The notes beneath the pieces were generated by a model, which was not told where the DNA came from, did no database searches, and worked only from the letters and a program-made list of their open reading frames with translations. A stretch of 64,000 nucleotides of DNA. Source: a bacterium. GTDB taxonomy: Bacteria; Patescibacteriota; Minisyncoccia; Phycocordibacterales; UBA9973. Positions 1-10,595 of this stretch are shown here, one piece after another. The stretch is taken from contig JAIXRY010000015.1 in assembly GCA_027484965.1 (NCBI GenBank), positions 91,807-155,806 of the forward strand, read 5' to 3'. The position numbers were made by a program, and so were the translations under genes. Position 1 is the stretch's first letter; the number at the start of each line of letters is the position of its first letter.

Positions 1-302
1 CAATTTTCATCATTAATAATTTCTTCTTTTTCCTTTTTAACAAGCAAAGTTCTGTCGTAAATACGTTTTTTTTCAAGTTCTAAATCTGATTGCTTATTGC
101 TCCAATACTTCTTTGTTTCCGATAAGTAATGATTTATGTCGGTCACTTGAAGGTGTGAATCTGATAATAATTTTTTTAGAATTTTTATATACAGAGTATG
201 AAGTTCGTCCTTTACTGGCTCCCTTTTGTTTTCTAATGTTTCTTTTGTTAGAAAATACCTAGCATACAACTTGATGGTTAAAGATTCAATGATTGTTTTC
301 AT
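1..302 (-). CDS. hypothetical protein, partial (runs off window start)
   Basis: Minus-strand ATG at 300-302 with open frame to position 1; translation begins MKTIIESLTIKLYARYFLTKE. Not in the ORF track because it is truncated. Confidence 0.3.
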   Translation of the reverse strand, partial: MKTIIESLTIKLYARYFLTKETLENKREPVKDELHTLYIKILKKLLSDSHLQVTDINHYLSETKKYWSNKQSDLELEKKRIYDRTLLVKKEKEEIINDEN

Positions 303-371
303 TCTTATTTTGTTTTAATTGTTCGTATATACTTTACTATTTTTGTTGATTTTGGTCAAACATGTGAATAT

Positions 372-3300
372 TTACTCAATATTTTTTACAGCCTCTATAA
401 TAATGCTTTTTTCATCATTTTTTAGAGAGACTTTTCCAGCAATTACAATAAGAGCGTCTTCAATAAGTATGGGTGCAAAGTCTTTGTAATTTTTAGGGAA
501 GAGGATTGTTTCAATACTTCCTGTAAGGTCTGTAATACGTACAAAAAGCATATAGTCGTTGTTTTTTGTTGTTATACGTTTAACTTCTTCAACAACACCA
601 CAAACCTTTATTGGGGCGTCTTTTTTGCCTTCTCTTTTAATACTCAAAATACTATTACACTTTGCAAGCTTTTCTTTGTAAGCTTCTAGAGGGTGACCAG
701 AAATATACAAACCAAGCAAATCTTTTTCCCAGGCCAGGCGAGTTTTTAGGTCTATTGGTTCTGTTGGACGAAGTCTTAGTTCTGGTGCAGACATGCCTCC
801 TAGGCCGAATAATGACGTCTGAGAATCACTTTTTTGTGCAAATGCTCTATTGTACTCAAGAAGCGCTTCGCTGTTAGCTAAGAGCAATCCACGCTCACCA
901 AACATATCCATCGCTCCAGCTTTAATGAGTGATTCGAGAGATTTTCTGTTGAGGTTTTTGTGAGTAATACGGTCGAGGAAGTTTCCAATAGAAGAGAAAG
1001 GTCCGTTCTTTTTTCTCTCTTCGATAATAGCGTCAGCAATATCCGTCCCGAGGTTTTTGATTGTGTAGAGTCCAAAACGAATTACTCTTGATTCTTCAAT
1101 AGTCTTATCTTCTTCTTTGATAACAGTAAATACACCAAAAGATTCATTGATATGTGGAGGAAGAACTTTTATTTTCATTCTTTCGCATTCATGAACATAA
1201 ATAGCGATCTGGTCTACATCGCCAGATTCAGCTGTCATACACGCACACATATAAGCAACAGGGAAGTTTGCTTTCATGAAAGCTGTTTGATACGCCACTA
1301 GTCCGTATGAAGCTGAGTGAGCTTTGTTGAAACCGTACGCCGCAAAAGGTTCGATCCATGACCATATTTCTGTAGCTTTCTTTTCACTCCATCCACTTGT
1401 TTTAACACAGCCTTTAATAAACTTTTCTCTTTGAGCTTGCATTTCTGCTGGAATTTTTTTACCAACAGCTTTACGGAATTTATCAACTTCACCCCAAGAA
1501 TACCCAGCCAAATGGTGAGCCATAAGTAGAAGGTCGTCTTGATATACAAGAATTCCATAGGTTGTTTTCAAAATATCTTCAAGTGCAGGGTCAAGATAAC
1601 TAATCAGTGCCGAGTTGTGTTTACGTGCAATATAGTCAGGAATGAATTGCATTGGACCTGGACGATAAAGCGCCACCATCGCATTGATGTCGTGAATTGT
1701 TGAAGGGCGAAGTTCTTTGAGCCATTTAGTCATTCCTGCGCCGTTTAATTGGAAAAGACCTTCTGTTTCTCCACGAGCAAGCATCTTGAAACTTCTTTCG
1801 TCAGCAAGATCTATATCATCAATATCAACTTTTATATTATAAATTTTATCTACGAGTGTGACAGCGTCTTTTAAAATTGAAAGGTTGCGAATACCAAGGA
1901 AGTCGAATTTTGTAAGTCCAGCCCCATCTTCACCCACAGAATACATATCGTACTGAGTAATAAGTTTTCCACCTTTAGGGTCGAACTGTAGAGGAGTATA
2001 GTCTGTAAGATCTGTTGGTCCAATAACAACACCTGCCGCGTGAACAGAGATGTGTCTTGCTCCACCTTCTATCTTTTTGGCCATGTCTATAATAATAGAA
2101 GTCTCACGGTCGTTATCGTACATTTCTTTGAGTTCAGGAACTTCTGCGAGTGCGCGTTCAATTGTCATTGGGAAACCCTGAGCTCCCATGGGAATCATTT
2201 TTGATATTCTATCTCCAACACCGTATGGATATCCGAGAGCACGTGCCACATCACGTACAGATCCACGTGCTGCCATTGTCCCAAAAGTTCCAATTTGTGC
2301 AACTTTTTTTTCTCCGTATTTATGACGCGCATAATCAATAATCTCATCGCGTCTGTTATCGGCGAAGTCCATATCAATATCAGGTGCAGAAGGACGTTCA
2401 GGGTTCAAGAAACGCTCAAAAGGAATGTTGTATAAAAGCGGATTAACTTTTGTAATACCAAGAGTATAAGTAGTCATTGATCCTGCAACAGATCCACGAA
2501 TGTTATAATAAATATCATTTTCTCGTGCGTAGCGGATAAGGTCGTGCACAACCAAAAAGTATGTTGCGTAACCTTTGAAAGCAATAATTCCAAGTTCGTA
2601 TTCCAATCTTTCTTTTGCTTTTTCATCATCTTCAAGCCCTCGAACAGTGAGTCCTTCTACACACAATTCATGAAGACGCATATCGGGTGTTACGTCTGGT
2701 GGTAGAGGGAAAATAGGGAAGACGAATTTACCTAGAGTTAGTTCTAGGTTGCACATATCCGCAACTTTTTTTGTATTTTCGTACGCTCCGGGAATATTTT
2801 CAAATGCTTTTTTAGCTTCTTCTGATGTAATGAAAGAATAATTTCCTTTCATTTTCATTTTATTGCTTTGGACATCTCCTCCTGTATTGATAGCGACAAG
2901 CGTTTCTTGAGCTTCCCAGTCTTCTTTGTGCATGTAGTGAGCGTCCCACGTACCAACTATCGGCAGATCAAATTCTTTTGAAAGTGTTTTTATATCTTCT
3001 ACAACCTTGTCATAACCTTCCATTTCAAAATGCCCCATGACTTCGAGGAAGAAGTTTTCTTTTTCAAATATATCAATAAAACTTTTTACTATTTCACGCC
3101 CTTTTTCTAAGTCACGATTAAATAAAGCTTTTGCAAGTTCACCGCTAGGACAACCAGAAAGACAGATTATTCCTTCACTGTGTGTTTTGAGTATTTCCTT
3201 GTCCATTCTTGGTTTATAATAATATCCATCAATCTGAGATATAGTTACAAGCTTCATCAAATTTTTATACCCTTCAAAATTCTTTGCAAGTAAGGTGAGG

Positions 3301-3566
3301 TGATAGCGCTTATTATCTACTCCTGGTTCTTTGTCTCCTAGATTACGTACAGCCATATATGCTTCAACACCAATGATTGGTTTGATGCCTGCTTTAGTAC
3401 ATTCCATATAAAAATCAATAGCACCATACATTGCGCCGTGATCTGTTAGAGCGATTGCTTCCATCCCGTCTTCTTTTGCTTTTTCCACAAGGTCACTAAT
3501 CTTTGAAAGGCCATCCAAAAGTGAGTAGTGTGAGTGCGTGTGTAGGTGGGTGAATTTTTGGTCCAT
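372..3566 (-). CDS. dnaE: DNA polymerase III alpha subunit
   Basis: 1064 aa; N-terminal PHP motif HLHTHSHYSLLDG; polymerase core and C-terminal OB region. Confidence 0.9.
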   Translation of the reverse strand: MDQKFTHLHTHSHYSLLDGLSKISDLVEKAKEDGMEAIALTDHGAMYGAIDFYMECTKAGIKPIIGVEAYMAVRNLGDKEPGVDNKRYHLTLLAKNFEGYKNLMKLVTISQIDGYYYKPRMDKEILKTHSEGIICLSGCPSGELAKALFNRDLEKGREIVKSFIDIFEKENFFLEVMGHFEMEGYDKVVEDIKTLSKEFDLPIVGTWDAHYMHKEDWEAQETLVAINTGGDVQSNKMKMKGNYSFITSEEAKKAFENIPGAYENTKKVADMCNLELTLGKFVFPIFPLPPDVTPDMRLHELCVEGLTVRGLEDDEKAKERLEYELGIIAFKGYATYFLVVHDLIRYARENDIYYNIRGSVAGSMTTYTLGITKVNPLLYNIPFERFLNPERPSAPDIDMDFADNRRDEIIDYARHKYGEKKVAQIGTFGTMAARGSVRDVARALGYPYGVGDRISKMIPMGAQGFPMTIERALAEVPELKEMYDNDRETSIIIDMAKKIEGGARHISVHAAGVVIGPTDLTDYTPLQFDPKGGKLITQYDMYSVGEDGAGLTKFDFLGIRNLSILKDAVTLVDKIYNIKVDIDDIDLADERSFKMLARGETEGLFQLNGAGMTKWLKELRPSTIHDINAMVALYRPGPMQFIPDYIARKHNSALISYLDPALEDILKTTYGILVYQDDLLLMAHHLAGYSWGEVDKFRKAVGKKIPAEMQAQREKFIKGCVKTSGWSEKKATEIWSWIEPFAAYGFNKAHSASYGLVAYQTAFMKANFPVAYMCACMTAESGDVDQIAIYVHECERMKIKVLPPHINESFGVFTVIKEEDKTIEESRVIRFGLYTIKNLGTDIADAIIEERKKNGPFSSIGNFLDRITHKNLNRKSLESLIKAGAMDMFGERGLLLANSEALLEYNRAFAQKSDSQTSLFGLGGMSAPELRLRPTEPIDLKTRLAWEKDLLGLYISGHPLEAYKEKLAKCNSILSIKREGKKDAPIKVCGVVEEVKRITTKNNDYMLFVRITDLTGSIETILFPKNYKDFAPILIEDALIVIAGKVSLKNDEKSIIIEAVKNIE

Positions 3567-3635
3567 GTTTTTACATTATAACAATATTGCTGATATATAA
3601 AAATCTTTTTTAAATATTGATTTTTTAGGAATTTA

Positions 3636-4268
3636 TTGTTGTTTTGTTATACTGTGATAATGCAATATATTGTTGGTATTGATGAAGTAGGAAGGGGGCC
3701 TATTGCTGGTCCTGTGGCTGTGTGTGCTTTTTTGGTAAGCAATGATTTTCAAAAAGAAGTAGAAGAATTTTCTAAAAAAAATAAGCTCCCCATTCGTGAC
3801 TCAAAAAAACTCACCGAAAAAATGCGTGATAGATGGTATGAATTTTTAATTAAAAGTAAAAAAGAAGGGAAGTGTGATTTTTCTGTCTCTCTTGTGTCTG
3901 CAAGTGATATAGACTCGCATGGAATAGTTCCTGCAATCAAAAAGGCACTTACGACTTCTTTAAAAAAAGTCGCAATAGATACTTCTGTAAAGATTGTTTT
4001 GGATGGAGGGTTGAAAGCACCTAGTGAATATACAAATCAAGAAAGTTTTATAAAAGGGGATGAATTATATCCTGTAATCTCTCTTGCTTCAATTGTGGCA
4101 AAAGTTTCTCGAGATACGCTGATGAAAAAGTATGCCAAAGAATTCTCAGAATATGGATTTGATAATAATGCAGGCTATGGGACAAAAGCTCATTATGAAG
4201 CAATACAAAAATACGGCCTAACTACACTTCATAGGAAGACTTTTCTTAGAAAGATAAAAATAGTATAA
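3636..4268 (+). CDS. rnhB: ribonuclease HII
   Basis: Motif GIDEVGRGPIAGPV typical of RNase HII; the true start is probably the internal Met near 3660 (MQYIVGIDE). Confidence 0.85.
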   Translation: MLFCYTVIMQYIVGIDEVGRGPIAGPVAVCAFLVSNDFQKEVEEFSKKNKLPIRDSKKLTEKMRDRWYEFLIKSKKEGKCDFSVSLVSASDIDSHGIVPAIKKALTTSLKKVAIDTSVKIVLDGGLKAPSEYTNQESFIKGDELYPVISLASIVAKVSRDTLMKKYAKEFSEYGFDNNAGYGTKAHYEAIQKYGLTTLHRKTFLRKIKIV

Positions 4269-4276
4269 TATGTTTT

Positions 4277-4915
4277 ATGAAAAAAATAATTAGTTTCTTA
4301 ATAGTTTTTCTTGTTTCTGCAAATATTTCTTTTGCAAGTACTAATAATATTCCACAAACAATTTTTACTGACACAGTGACTACAGGTAAGCAAAAAAGTG
4401 TAATATTTAATGGACATATAGATACAAATACTGGCTACCTAGGTACAACTGTTGGTCCAAATTTCTATTTCGAATATGGTACTGATATTAATAAATATAC
4501 AAAGACTAATTCTCAGACAATCAATGAGGGTGTTGATGGAAAATTTTCTGCAACAGTTACAGGACTTAAAAAGAATACACTTTATTATTATAGATTTGTT
4601 CAAGAAACAGGAAGTACTATGAATTCAGAAATAATAAAAACTGGAGGAGAACTACGTATTTTTTATCTTACAAAAAGTAATAAGGTAGAAATACTCAATC
4701 TTTGTTCTATTACAAAAAATATTCGTTTTGGTTCTAAGGATAGTGGTCAAGTTTATTTGTTGCAAAAATTCCTTAATGAAGCAAACGTTCTCTCTGCTCG
4801 TCCTGATGGAAATTTTGGTCCAAAAACTCTTGTTGCATGGAAGAAATATCAAAAAGACAGTGGAATAAAAAAGATATCAGATCTGAATTTTTGCGGTCAG
4901 AATCATGGAATGTAA
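4277..4915 (+). CDS. secreted protein with FN3-like region and C-terminal peptidoglycan-binding-like domain
   Basis: N-terminal signal peptide (MKKIISFLIVFLVSANISFA); C-terminal segment LLQKFLNEANVLSARPDGNFGPKTLVAWKKYQ resembles PG_binding_1 domains. Confidence 0.5.
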   Translation: MKKIISFLIVFLVSANISFASTNNIPQTIFTDTVTTGKQKSVIFNGHIDTNTGYLGTTVGPNFYFEYGTDINKYTKTNSQTINEGVDGKFSATVTGLKKNTLYYYRFVQETGSTMNSEIIKTGGELRIFYLTKSNKVEILNLCSITKNIRFGSKDSGQVYLLQKFLNEANVLSARPDGNFGPKTLVAWKKYQKDSGIKKISDLNFCGQNHGM

Positions 4916-4932
4916 TTAAAATAATAAATAGA

Positions 4933-4961
4933 AAAAAACACCCTTAAAAGGGTGTTTTTTT
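4933..4961. terminator. bidirectional rho-independent terminator
   Basis: aaaaaacaccc-ttaaaa-gggtgttttttt hairpin flanked by A and T runs, between convergent genes. Confidence 0.6.
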
Positions 4962-5813
4962 CTATTTATTATTCAAATATATTTTATAATCAACTTCTTT
5001 TTTGCCTTCAGTGATAACTTTTTGTATTTCAATATTTTCTTCATCAAAAGACATTTCTGTAATTTTTACTCTTTTATTATTTTTATCAAAGTAGAATATT
5101 CCAGGCCATGGAGTGTAGGCGCGAAATTTGTTCCAAATTTCGCGCCCTTTGTCGCTCAGCTTTACTTCACCATTTTCCCTTTTGAGTTTGTGAGTGAACG
5201 TTGCCTCACTGTGATTCTGCTCTTTTCTTTCAGGGAAGTCTTTTGTTAGATTTGGAATAATATCTGCGAGTATTTCTCCACCACGAGTAAAGAGTGTTTT
5301 TGCTAATGTTTCACTATTGTCTTTGTCCTTTATCTCGTATGTTTCTTGATAGATAATCGGTCCATGATCTATGTCTTTGTCGAGTTCCATAATGCTTACA
5401 CCTGTTATTCTATCATTTGATAGAAAAGGGAATTCTATAGGACTTGGTCCGCGATATCTTGGTAGAAGGGAAGGGTGTACATTTATGGTGCCCAAACTAG
5501 ATAAATCAAGAAGTTTTTCTGGAAGAATTTTTCCATATGCTGCAACAACAAACAAATCGAAAAAAGTTTTTTTGATTTCTTCTATTGCTTCATCATTTAT
5601 TTTATTTGGCTGAAATACTTTAATATTGTTTTCTATTGCCCAAACTTTTGTCTGAGGAGGAGTCATTATCTGATGTCTTCCGACTTTTTTATCTGGAGAA
5701 CATACCACAAGTTCAGGTAATATGTTTTTTGATTTTAGAGAATCTAAAACATACACCGCTTCTTGAGGTGTACCGAAAAATACAAATTTTTTAGTGTTGA
5801 TGTTCTGGTTCAT
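4962..5813 (-). CDS. fmt: methionyl-tRNA formyltransferase
   Basis: Formyltransferase N- and C-domains; overlaps def start, the conserved def-fmt arrangement. Confidence 0.85.
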   Translation of the reverse strand: MNQNINTKKFVFFGTPQEAVYVLDSLKSKNILPELVVCSPDKKVGRHQIMTPPQTKVWAIENNIKVFQPNKINDEAIEEIKKTFFDLFVVAAYGKILPEKLLDLSSLGTINVHPSLLPRYRGPSPIEFPFLSNDRITGVSIMELDKDIDHGPIIYQETYEIKDKDNSETLAKTLFTRGGEILADIIPNLTKDFPERKEQNHSEATFTHKLKRENGEVKLSDKGREIWNKFRAYTPWPGIFYFDKNNKRVKITEMSFDEENIEIQKVITEGKKEVDYKIYLNNK

Positions 5814-6300
5814 GAGCTTCTATGTCTTTTGCTTTACTGTCGAACAATATACCGTTTAGGTGATCTGCTTCATGTTGGAATATATGAGCAAGCATTCCTC
5901 CTGACGTCTCTGTGAATTTTTCACCATGTTCGTCATACGCTTCGATTGTTACATTGGTATGTCTTTGGACTGTTCCATAGAGCCATCTTACAGATAGACA
6001 TCCTTCACCTTTTTTCCAAGATTTTTTATTAGATAATTTTGTAAAAATAGGATTTATATATATTCTATCAGCTTTTATCGGACCATTCTTTTTTGTGAAG
6101 AGTCTTCCAGAAACAATAAAAATACGAGAAGATACTCCAATTTGAGGTGCCGCAATAGCAAGACCATCATCTTGGCTTTCTAATGCTTCTTTCATGTCTC
6201 TTATTATTCCTTGCACTTTCTCGCTTGTGATTTCTTCAACAGCTACAGGTAATGCTTCTTTTGAGAGTGCAGGGTGTCCTTTTTGTACAATCTCTATCAT
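5791..6300 (-). CDS. def: peptide deformylase
   Basis: Motifs GLAIAAPQIG, EGCLS, HEADHLNG. Confidence 0.85.
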   Translation of the reverse strand: MIEIVQKGHPALSKEALPVAVEEITSEKVQGIIRDMKEALESQDDGLAIAAPQIGVSSRIFIVSGRLFTKKNGPIKADRIYINPIFTKLSNKKSWKKGEGCLSVRWLYGTVQRHTNVTIEAYDEHGEKFTETSGGMLAHIFQHEADHLNGILFDSKAKDIEAHEPEHQH

Positions 6301-6303
6301 AAA

Positions 6304-7596
6304 TTACTTTAATTTCTTTAAGTAGTCTAGTAGTTTTTCAAGTGGAACCGTTTCTTGAGAACGAGTTTGCATATCACGAACAATTACAGAATTTTCGAGA
6401 GCTTCTTTTTGTCCAAATATGAGAGCATAAGGAATGCCAATTTTTTCGGCAACACCAAGTTGAGCACTAAGACCGTCTTTTGATAGTGCTTGATGAATAG
6501 GAATGTGAGCTTTTCTTAGTATTTCAATAACGCTAAGAGATTTTAATTTTGCTTCAGCGCCGAGTTGAATGAAGTAATATTTTGGAGCTTTCATTATACG
6601 AGGAGAAAGCTTTTTGTACCAAGGCATAGATACTACACGGTCAACACCAAGAGCCATACCTATTGCAGGTACATCTTTCTTACTCCCAATTTGTTTTGCC
6701 AGGTAGTCGTATCTTCCACCTCCGGCAATTGTAATAGATTCTTCACCTTCTGTTTGAATTACTTCGAACACTGTACGAGTATAATAAGAAAGTCCTCTTA
6801 CAAGATTTTTATTTATTGTGTAAGGAATATCCATTTCATCCAAGTGTTCAAGAACTTCTTTCAAGTGTTTTTTACATGGACCACAGAGAGAAGATACTGA
6901 TTCTGGGGCGTTCTCATTAATCTCTTTTGTCTTTAGATCTTTTGAATCTAGAATTCTTAGAGGATTTGTTTTTAATCTCTCTTTATCGATTGCAGGTAGC
7001 TTGTCTAAGTGTTTTTTGTAGTAATTTGTAAGTTCGCGAATATATGTATTACGACAATCTTTGTCACCAATAGAGTTGATATCAACAGAGAGATTTTTTG
7101 CTCCAGCTTCTTCGAGTATTACCATTGTTGCTTTAATAACAAGAGCGTCCATGATAGCTTTCTCACTTCCAAGAACGTCAAGGTCAAATTGATAAAACTG
7201 TCGATAACGACCTTTTTGAGGATTGTCGTGACGGAAAGATGGTCCATATTGATAGAACATTAAAGGTTGTGGAAGATTGTTCATTCCATTTGAAATGTAT
7301 GAACGCATAAGTGAGGCAGTGTGTTCTGGACGTAGGGCGAGTTTGTCACCACCTTTTGTACGAAGACTATACATCTCTTTGTCTATCACATCGGTTCCTT
7401 CACCAATAGACGTCGTAAAAACAGACTCGAATTCGAGAACAGGTGTTTCTATTGGCTTAAATCCGTAATAGACTGCGACTTCTTGAGCTTTTTCAAAAAA
7501 GCCTTGAAACTCATAATATTCTTCATTCATTATATCTCGCATTCCTTTTGGATTTGCTAGCTCATCTTTTTTTGCAGTTTTCTTTGCGGTACTCAT
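6304..7596 (-). CDS. hisS: histidine--tRNA ligase
   Basis: Class II aaRS motifs (RPEHTASLMRSY, GGGRYD) and C-terminal anticodon-binding domain. Confidence 0.9.
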   Translation of the reverse strand: MSTAKKTAKKDELANPKGMRDIMNEEYYEFQGFFEKAQEVAVYYGFKPIETPVLEFESVFTTSIGEGTDVIDKEMYSLRTKGGDKLALRPEHTASLMRSYISNGMNNLPQPLMFYQYGPSFRHDNPQKGRYRQFYQFDLDVLGSEKAIMDALVIKATMVILEEAGAKNLSVDINSIGDKDCRNTYIRELTNYYKKHLDKLPAIDKERLKTNPLRILDSKDLKTKEINENAPESVSSLCGPCKKHLKEVLEHLDEMDIPYTINKNLVRGLSYYTRTVFEVIQTEGEESITIAGGGRYDYLAKQIGSKKDVPAIGMALGVDRVVSMPWYKKLSPRIMKAPKYYFIQLGAEAKLKSLSVIEILRKAHIPIHQALSKDGLSAQLGVAEKIGIPYALIFGQKEALENSVIVRDMQTRSQETVPLEKLLDYLKKLK

Positions 7597-7597
7597 A

Positions 7598-8194
7598 TTA
7601 TTTTGAATTTGTTAGTGATTGATCAAATTTTCCCGGTAGGAAATTTATTGATTTTGGAGGATAGAGTCTAACCAAGGCTCTCCCAACCATATCTCTTTTT
7701 GGAAGGAAACCCCAATTACGTGAATCATAAGAAGCTGTTCTGTTATCTCCCATAACAAAGTATTGATCTTCTGGGACTGTGAATAGTAGGTTATTGTCAT
7801 TTCCTTTGTTCTCTACATAAGGTTCATCTATTACTACACCCAAAGGGTGTTTACTGTTTGAAATTTTTACCTCACTTCCATTGATTGAGATAGTGTCACC
7901 AGGTAGTCCAATAAGACGCTTGATAAAATATTTACTTTCATCCATTGGTGGTTTTATAACAACAACGTCACCGCGTGATGGATTGCCTGTTAGATATGAT
8001 ATTTGGTCGACAATAAGATAGTCACCATTGTGAAATGTTGGGAACATTGATAAACCGTCTACTATGAATGGCTTTGCAATGTACATGCGAATAGGAATTA
8101 CGATTAAAAGTGAAATAATAATGAAGCGCAAAACATCACGCCAATCTTCTTTCTTTTCTACTTTTTCCTCAACAATTTCTTGGGTTTTTTCCAT
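7598..8194 (-). CDS. lepB: signal peptidase I
   Basis: N-terminal TM; GLSMFPTF Ser box; GDNRTASYDSR box. Confidence 0.85.
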   Translation of the reverse strand: MEKTQEIVEEKVEKKEDWRDVLRFIIISLLIVIPIRMYIAKPFIVDGLSMFPTFHNGDYLIVDQISYLTGNPSRGDVVVIKPPMDESKYFIKRLIGLPGDTISINGSEVKISNSKHPLGVVIDEPYVENKGNDNNLLFTVPEDQYFVMGDNRTASYDSRNWGFLPKRDMVGRALVRLYPPKSINFLPGKFDQSLTNSK

Positions 8195-8275
8195 ATATTC
8201 CCACCATTATACAAGAAAAAAACATTCGACACAAATTACATATTTTTTTATATTGTGTGTTAAAATTTAAAAATC

Positions 8276-8833
8276 ATGTATACAATCATAGGACTCGGGA
8301 ATCCGGGAAGTGAATATAAAAATACTCGTCACAATGTGGCTTGGATTCTTGTTGATAAGGCTTTTTCTGACATAGAATTCGAAAAGAATAAATATGTAAA
8401 TTCTCTTGTTGCAAGAGCAAATATTGGAGAGGGAATACTGTTTGTTAAGCCAGAAACATTTATGAATGATTCCGGGAGTGTTATATCTCTTTTGCAAAAA
8501 CAATATGAAATTGATTTAGAAAAATTAGTTGTTGTTCAAGATGATATTGATTTACCCCTTGGAACTATTCGTATTTCTTATGATAGAGGGAGTGGAGGGC
8601 ATAATGGAATAAAATCTATTATTGAACACTATGGTGGAAAGAATTTCATCCGAGTGCGCGTAGGTGTAGCGATCACTGATGAGGGTGGAAAACTTCGCAA
8701 ACCAGACGTTATGGGGAATTTTTCAGAATCTGAATCAGAGGCGCTCGCTATACTCACCCCTCACTTCTACAAAGTAATTGAGACTATTGTTGTAGAAGGA
8801 AAAGAGAAAGCAATGAATCTATATAATCAATAA
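8276..8833 (+). CDS. pth: peptidyl-tRNA hydrolase
   Basis: IIGLGNPGSEYKNTRHNVAW N-terminal signature. Confidence 0.85.
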   Translation: MYTIIGLGNPGSEYKNTRHNVAWILVDKAFSDIEFEKNKYVNSLVARANIGEGILFVKPETFMNDSGSVISLLQKQYEIDLEKLVVVQDDIDLPLGTIRISYDRGSGGHNGIKSIIEHYGGKNFIRVRVGVAITDEGGKLRKPDVMGNFSESESEALAILTPHFYKVIETIVVEGKEKAMNLYNQ

Positions 8834-8878
8834 TTTTTAATATAATTTTTTTTATTTTGAATTTATAGAAAATTAAAT

Positions 8879-8906
8879 AGCGGGACCCCGAAGGGTCCCG
8901 CTATTT
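8879..8906. terminator. bidirectional rho-independent terminator
   Basis: gcgggaccc-cgaa-gggtcccgc hairpin between convergent pth and rpsA. Confidence 0.6.
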
Positions 8907-8915
8907 ATGTTTTGA

Positions 8916-9989
8916 TTACTTATTCTCTACGAGTGTAAGTGTCATCTTTTGTTCTTTTGGTTCAAACAATGTAACTGTGAAGTCATATGTTTTTCCTAGA
9001 GAAAGATGTTTTTTGAGTTCTGCATCTCCACCAAATGAAGAGTTGTGTACTAGACCAGCAACACCTTCTTTGATTGATACGAGAGCACCGTGTTTGTTGT
9101 ATTTGATAACAACACCTGAGATTGTATCTCCTTTTTTGAGTTTACCTTCGAATGATGTCCAAGGGTTTTCTTTAAGAGCTTTGATAGAAAGAGAAACTTT
9201 TCCTTCTTTGATATCAATAACTTTTGCTTGAACTTTGTCACCGATTTTGAACATTTGGCGAGGATCTTCTACTAGACCCCAATCGATTTCTGAGATGTGA
9301 ACAAGTCCTTCTAGACCTTCTTCAACTTTCAAGAATACTCCGAAATCAACAAGTCCTGCAACAGTTGTAGTAACTTCGTCACCGATATTGTATTTTCCAA
9401 CCATTTCTTGGCGTTCTCCAGAATCAGATTCTTTTTCTGAGAAGATAAGTTTACCTTCTTTTGAGAGAGCTGAAATGATAGTAACAGAAAGAGATTGTCC
9501 AACGAGTTTCTTCAATTCTTTCAAGATTTTATCTTTATCTGAATCAAGAACACGAGGGTAGTGATCTGCTTTCAATTGTGATGCAGGAAGGAATCCTGGA
9601 ATACCTTGCCATTCAAGGATAAGACCACCTTTGTTTGCTTCTTTAACGATTAAGTCGATAGGAAGTTTTGCTTTGATAGCTTTTTCAGCTTCACTCCAAA
9701 TGAGGGCTTGTTTTGCTTCTTTCAAAGAAAGTTCAACATAACCTTCTTCGTTTTCGATATCTACTACTTTTGCTTTGATTGTATCTCCAAGATTAATCTT
9801 GCGGATAATATCACGAGCGTTTATAAATTCACGTCCATAGATGATACCTGTTCCTTGTGGTCCAAGATCAACATAAACTGATGATTTTTGAATTGATATA
9901 ACTGGTCCTTCGACTAATGCGTCAAGAACTGGTTTATCCATTATTTTTTCTGCAAATTGTTTCATATTGGTATAAAAAATACCGCACAT
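8916..9989 (-). CDS. rpsA: 30S ribosomal protein S1 (short form)
   Basis: Repeated S1 domains; likely true start at the second Met (MKQFAEK, about 9965). A small hairpin (ccgca-cata-tgcgg, 9985-9998) lies between the two candidate starts. Confidence 0.8.
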   Translation of the reverse strand: MCGIFYTNMKQFAEKIMDKPVLDALVEGPVISIQKSSVYVDLGPQGTGIIYGREFINARDIIRKINLGDTIKAKVVDIENEEGYVELSLKEAKQALIWSEAEKAIKAKLPIDLIVKEANKGGLILEWQGIPGFLPASQLKADHYPRVLDSDKDKILKELKKLVGQSLSVTIISALSKEGKLIFSEKESDSGERQEMVGKYNIGDEVTTTVAGLVDFGVFLKVEEGLEGLVHISEIDWGLVEDPRQMFKIGDKVQAKVIDIKEGKVSLSIKALKENPWTSFEGKLKKGDTISGVVIKYNKHGALVSIKEGVAGLVHNSSFGGDAELKKHLSLGKTYDFTVTLFEPKEQKMTLTLVENK

Positions 9990-10169
9990 ACTGCGGTGTA
10001 ATTGATTTCCTGGAGTTTATAAGTCAAAAAGGGATTCCGGGGGTTATTTCAATTACGACTTGGTAATAGAGAAATTCTATCACAAACCCGTTTGTTTTGC
10101 AATAAAATAGATTGACCTATTAGATTAAAAACTGTATAATGCATTACGGACAATTAAAATAAAATAAAA

Positions 10170-10514
10170 ATGAAAAAACAAGCTCAACAACCATTTAACT
10201 TAAAATTTTGTGTGTTAAATTCATACAGAAAATTAAAAGAATTAAATGAAAAGATTGCTTATCAATTTGCAGAACAAGTTGGATTAATCCATAAAGCTTA
10301 CAAAAAAATGATTACTGCTTTAGATAAGACGATTATTCTACCTGAACTATCTCACATTAGTCTCAAAGACAAAATTTCTTTTTTTGAAGAAAAAATGAGA
10401 GAGTTTAGTGCTTGGGCACAAGCGTCAATTGAAGCAACTTTTGATTTGTTGCTTTCTCTTGCAACAAAAAATAAAGACACTTCTGTTTTGGTATTTATTC
10501 CAATAGTGAAATAA
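10170..10514 (+). CDS. hypothetical protein
   Basis: 114-aa ORF followed by a strong terminator; no recognisable motif. Confidence 0.4.
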   Translation: MKKQAQQPFNLKFCVLNSYRKLKELNEKIAYQFAEQVGLIHKAYKKMITALDKTIILPELSHISLKDKISFFEEKMREFSAWAQASIEATFDLLLSLATKNKDTSVLVFIPIVK

Positions 10515-10523
10515 AACCAAATT

Positions 10524-10566
10524 AAAGCCGAATTTTCCCTTTGGGAAAATTCGGCTTTTTCTTTTT
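10524..10566 (+). terminator. rho-independent terminator
   Basis: aaagccgaattttccc-ttt-gggaaaattcggcttttt perfect hairpin plus T-run. Confidence 0.65.
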
Positions 10567-10595
10567 CTCTAAAAATTTGTTAGAATACATATATT

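Noticed and set aside
662-3219. Several 60-86 aa ORFs on both strands inside dnaE
   Set aside because: Fully nested within the 1064-aa dnaE frame with no independent support.
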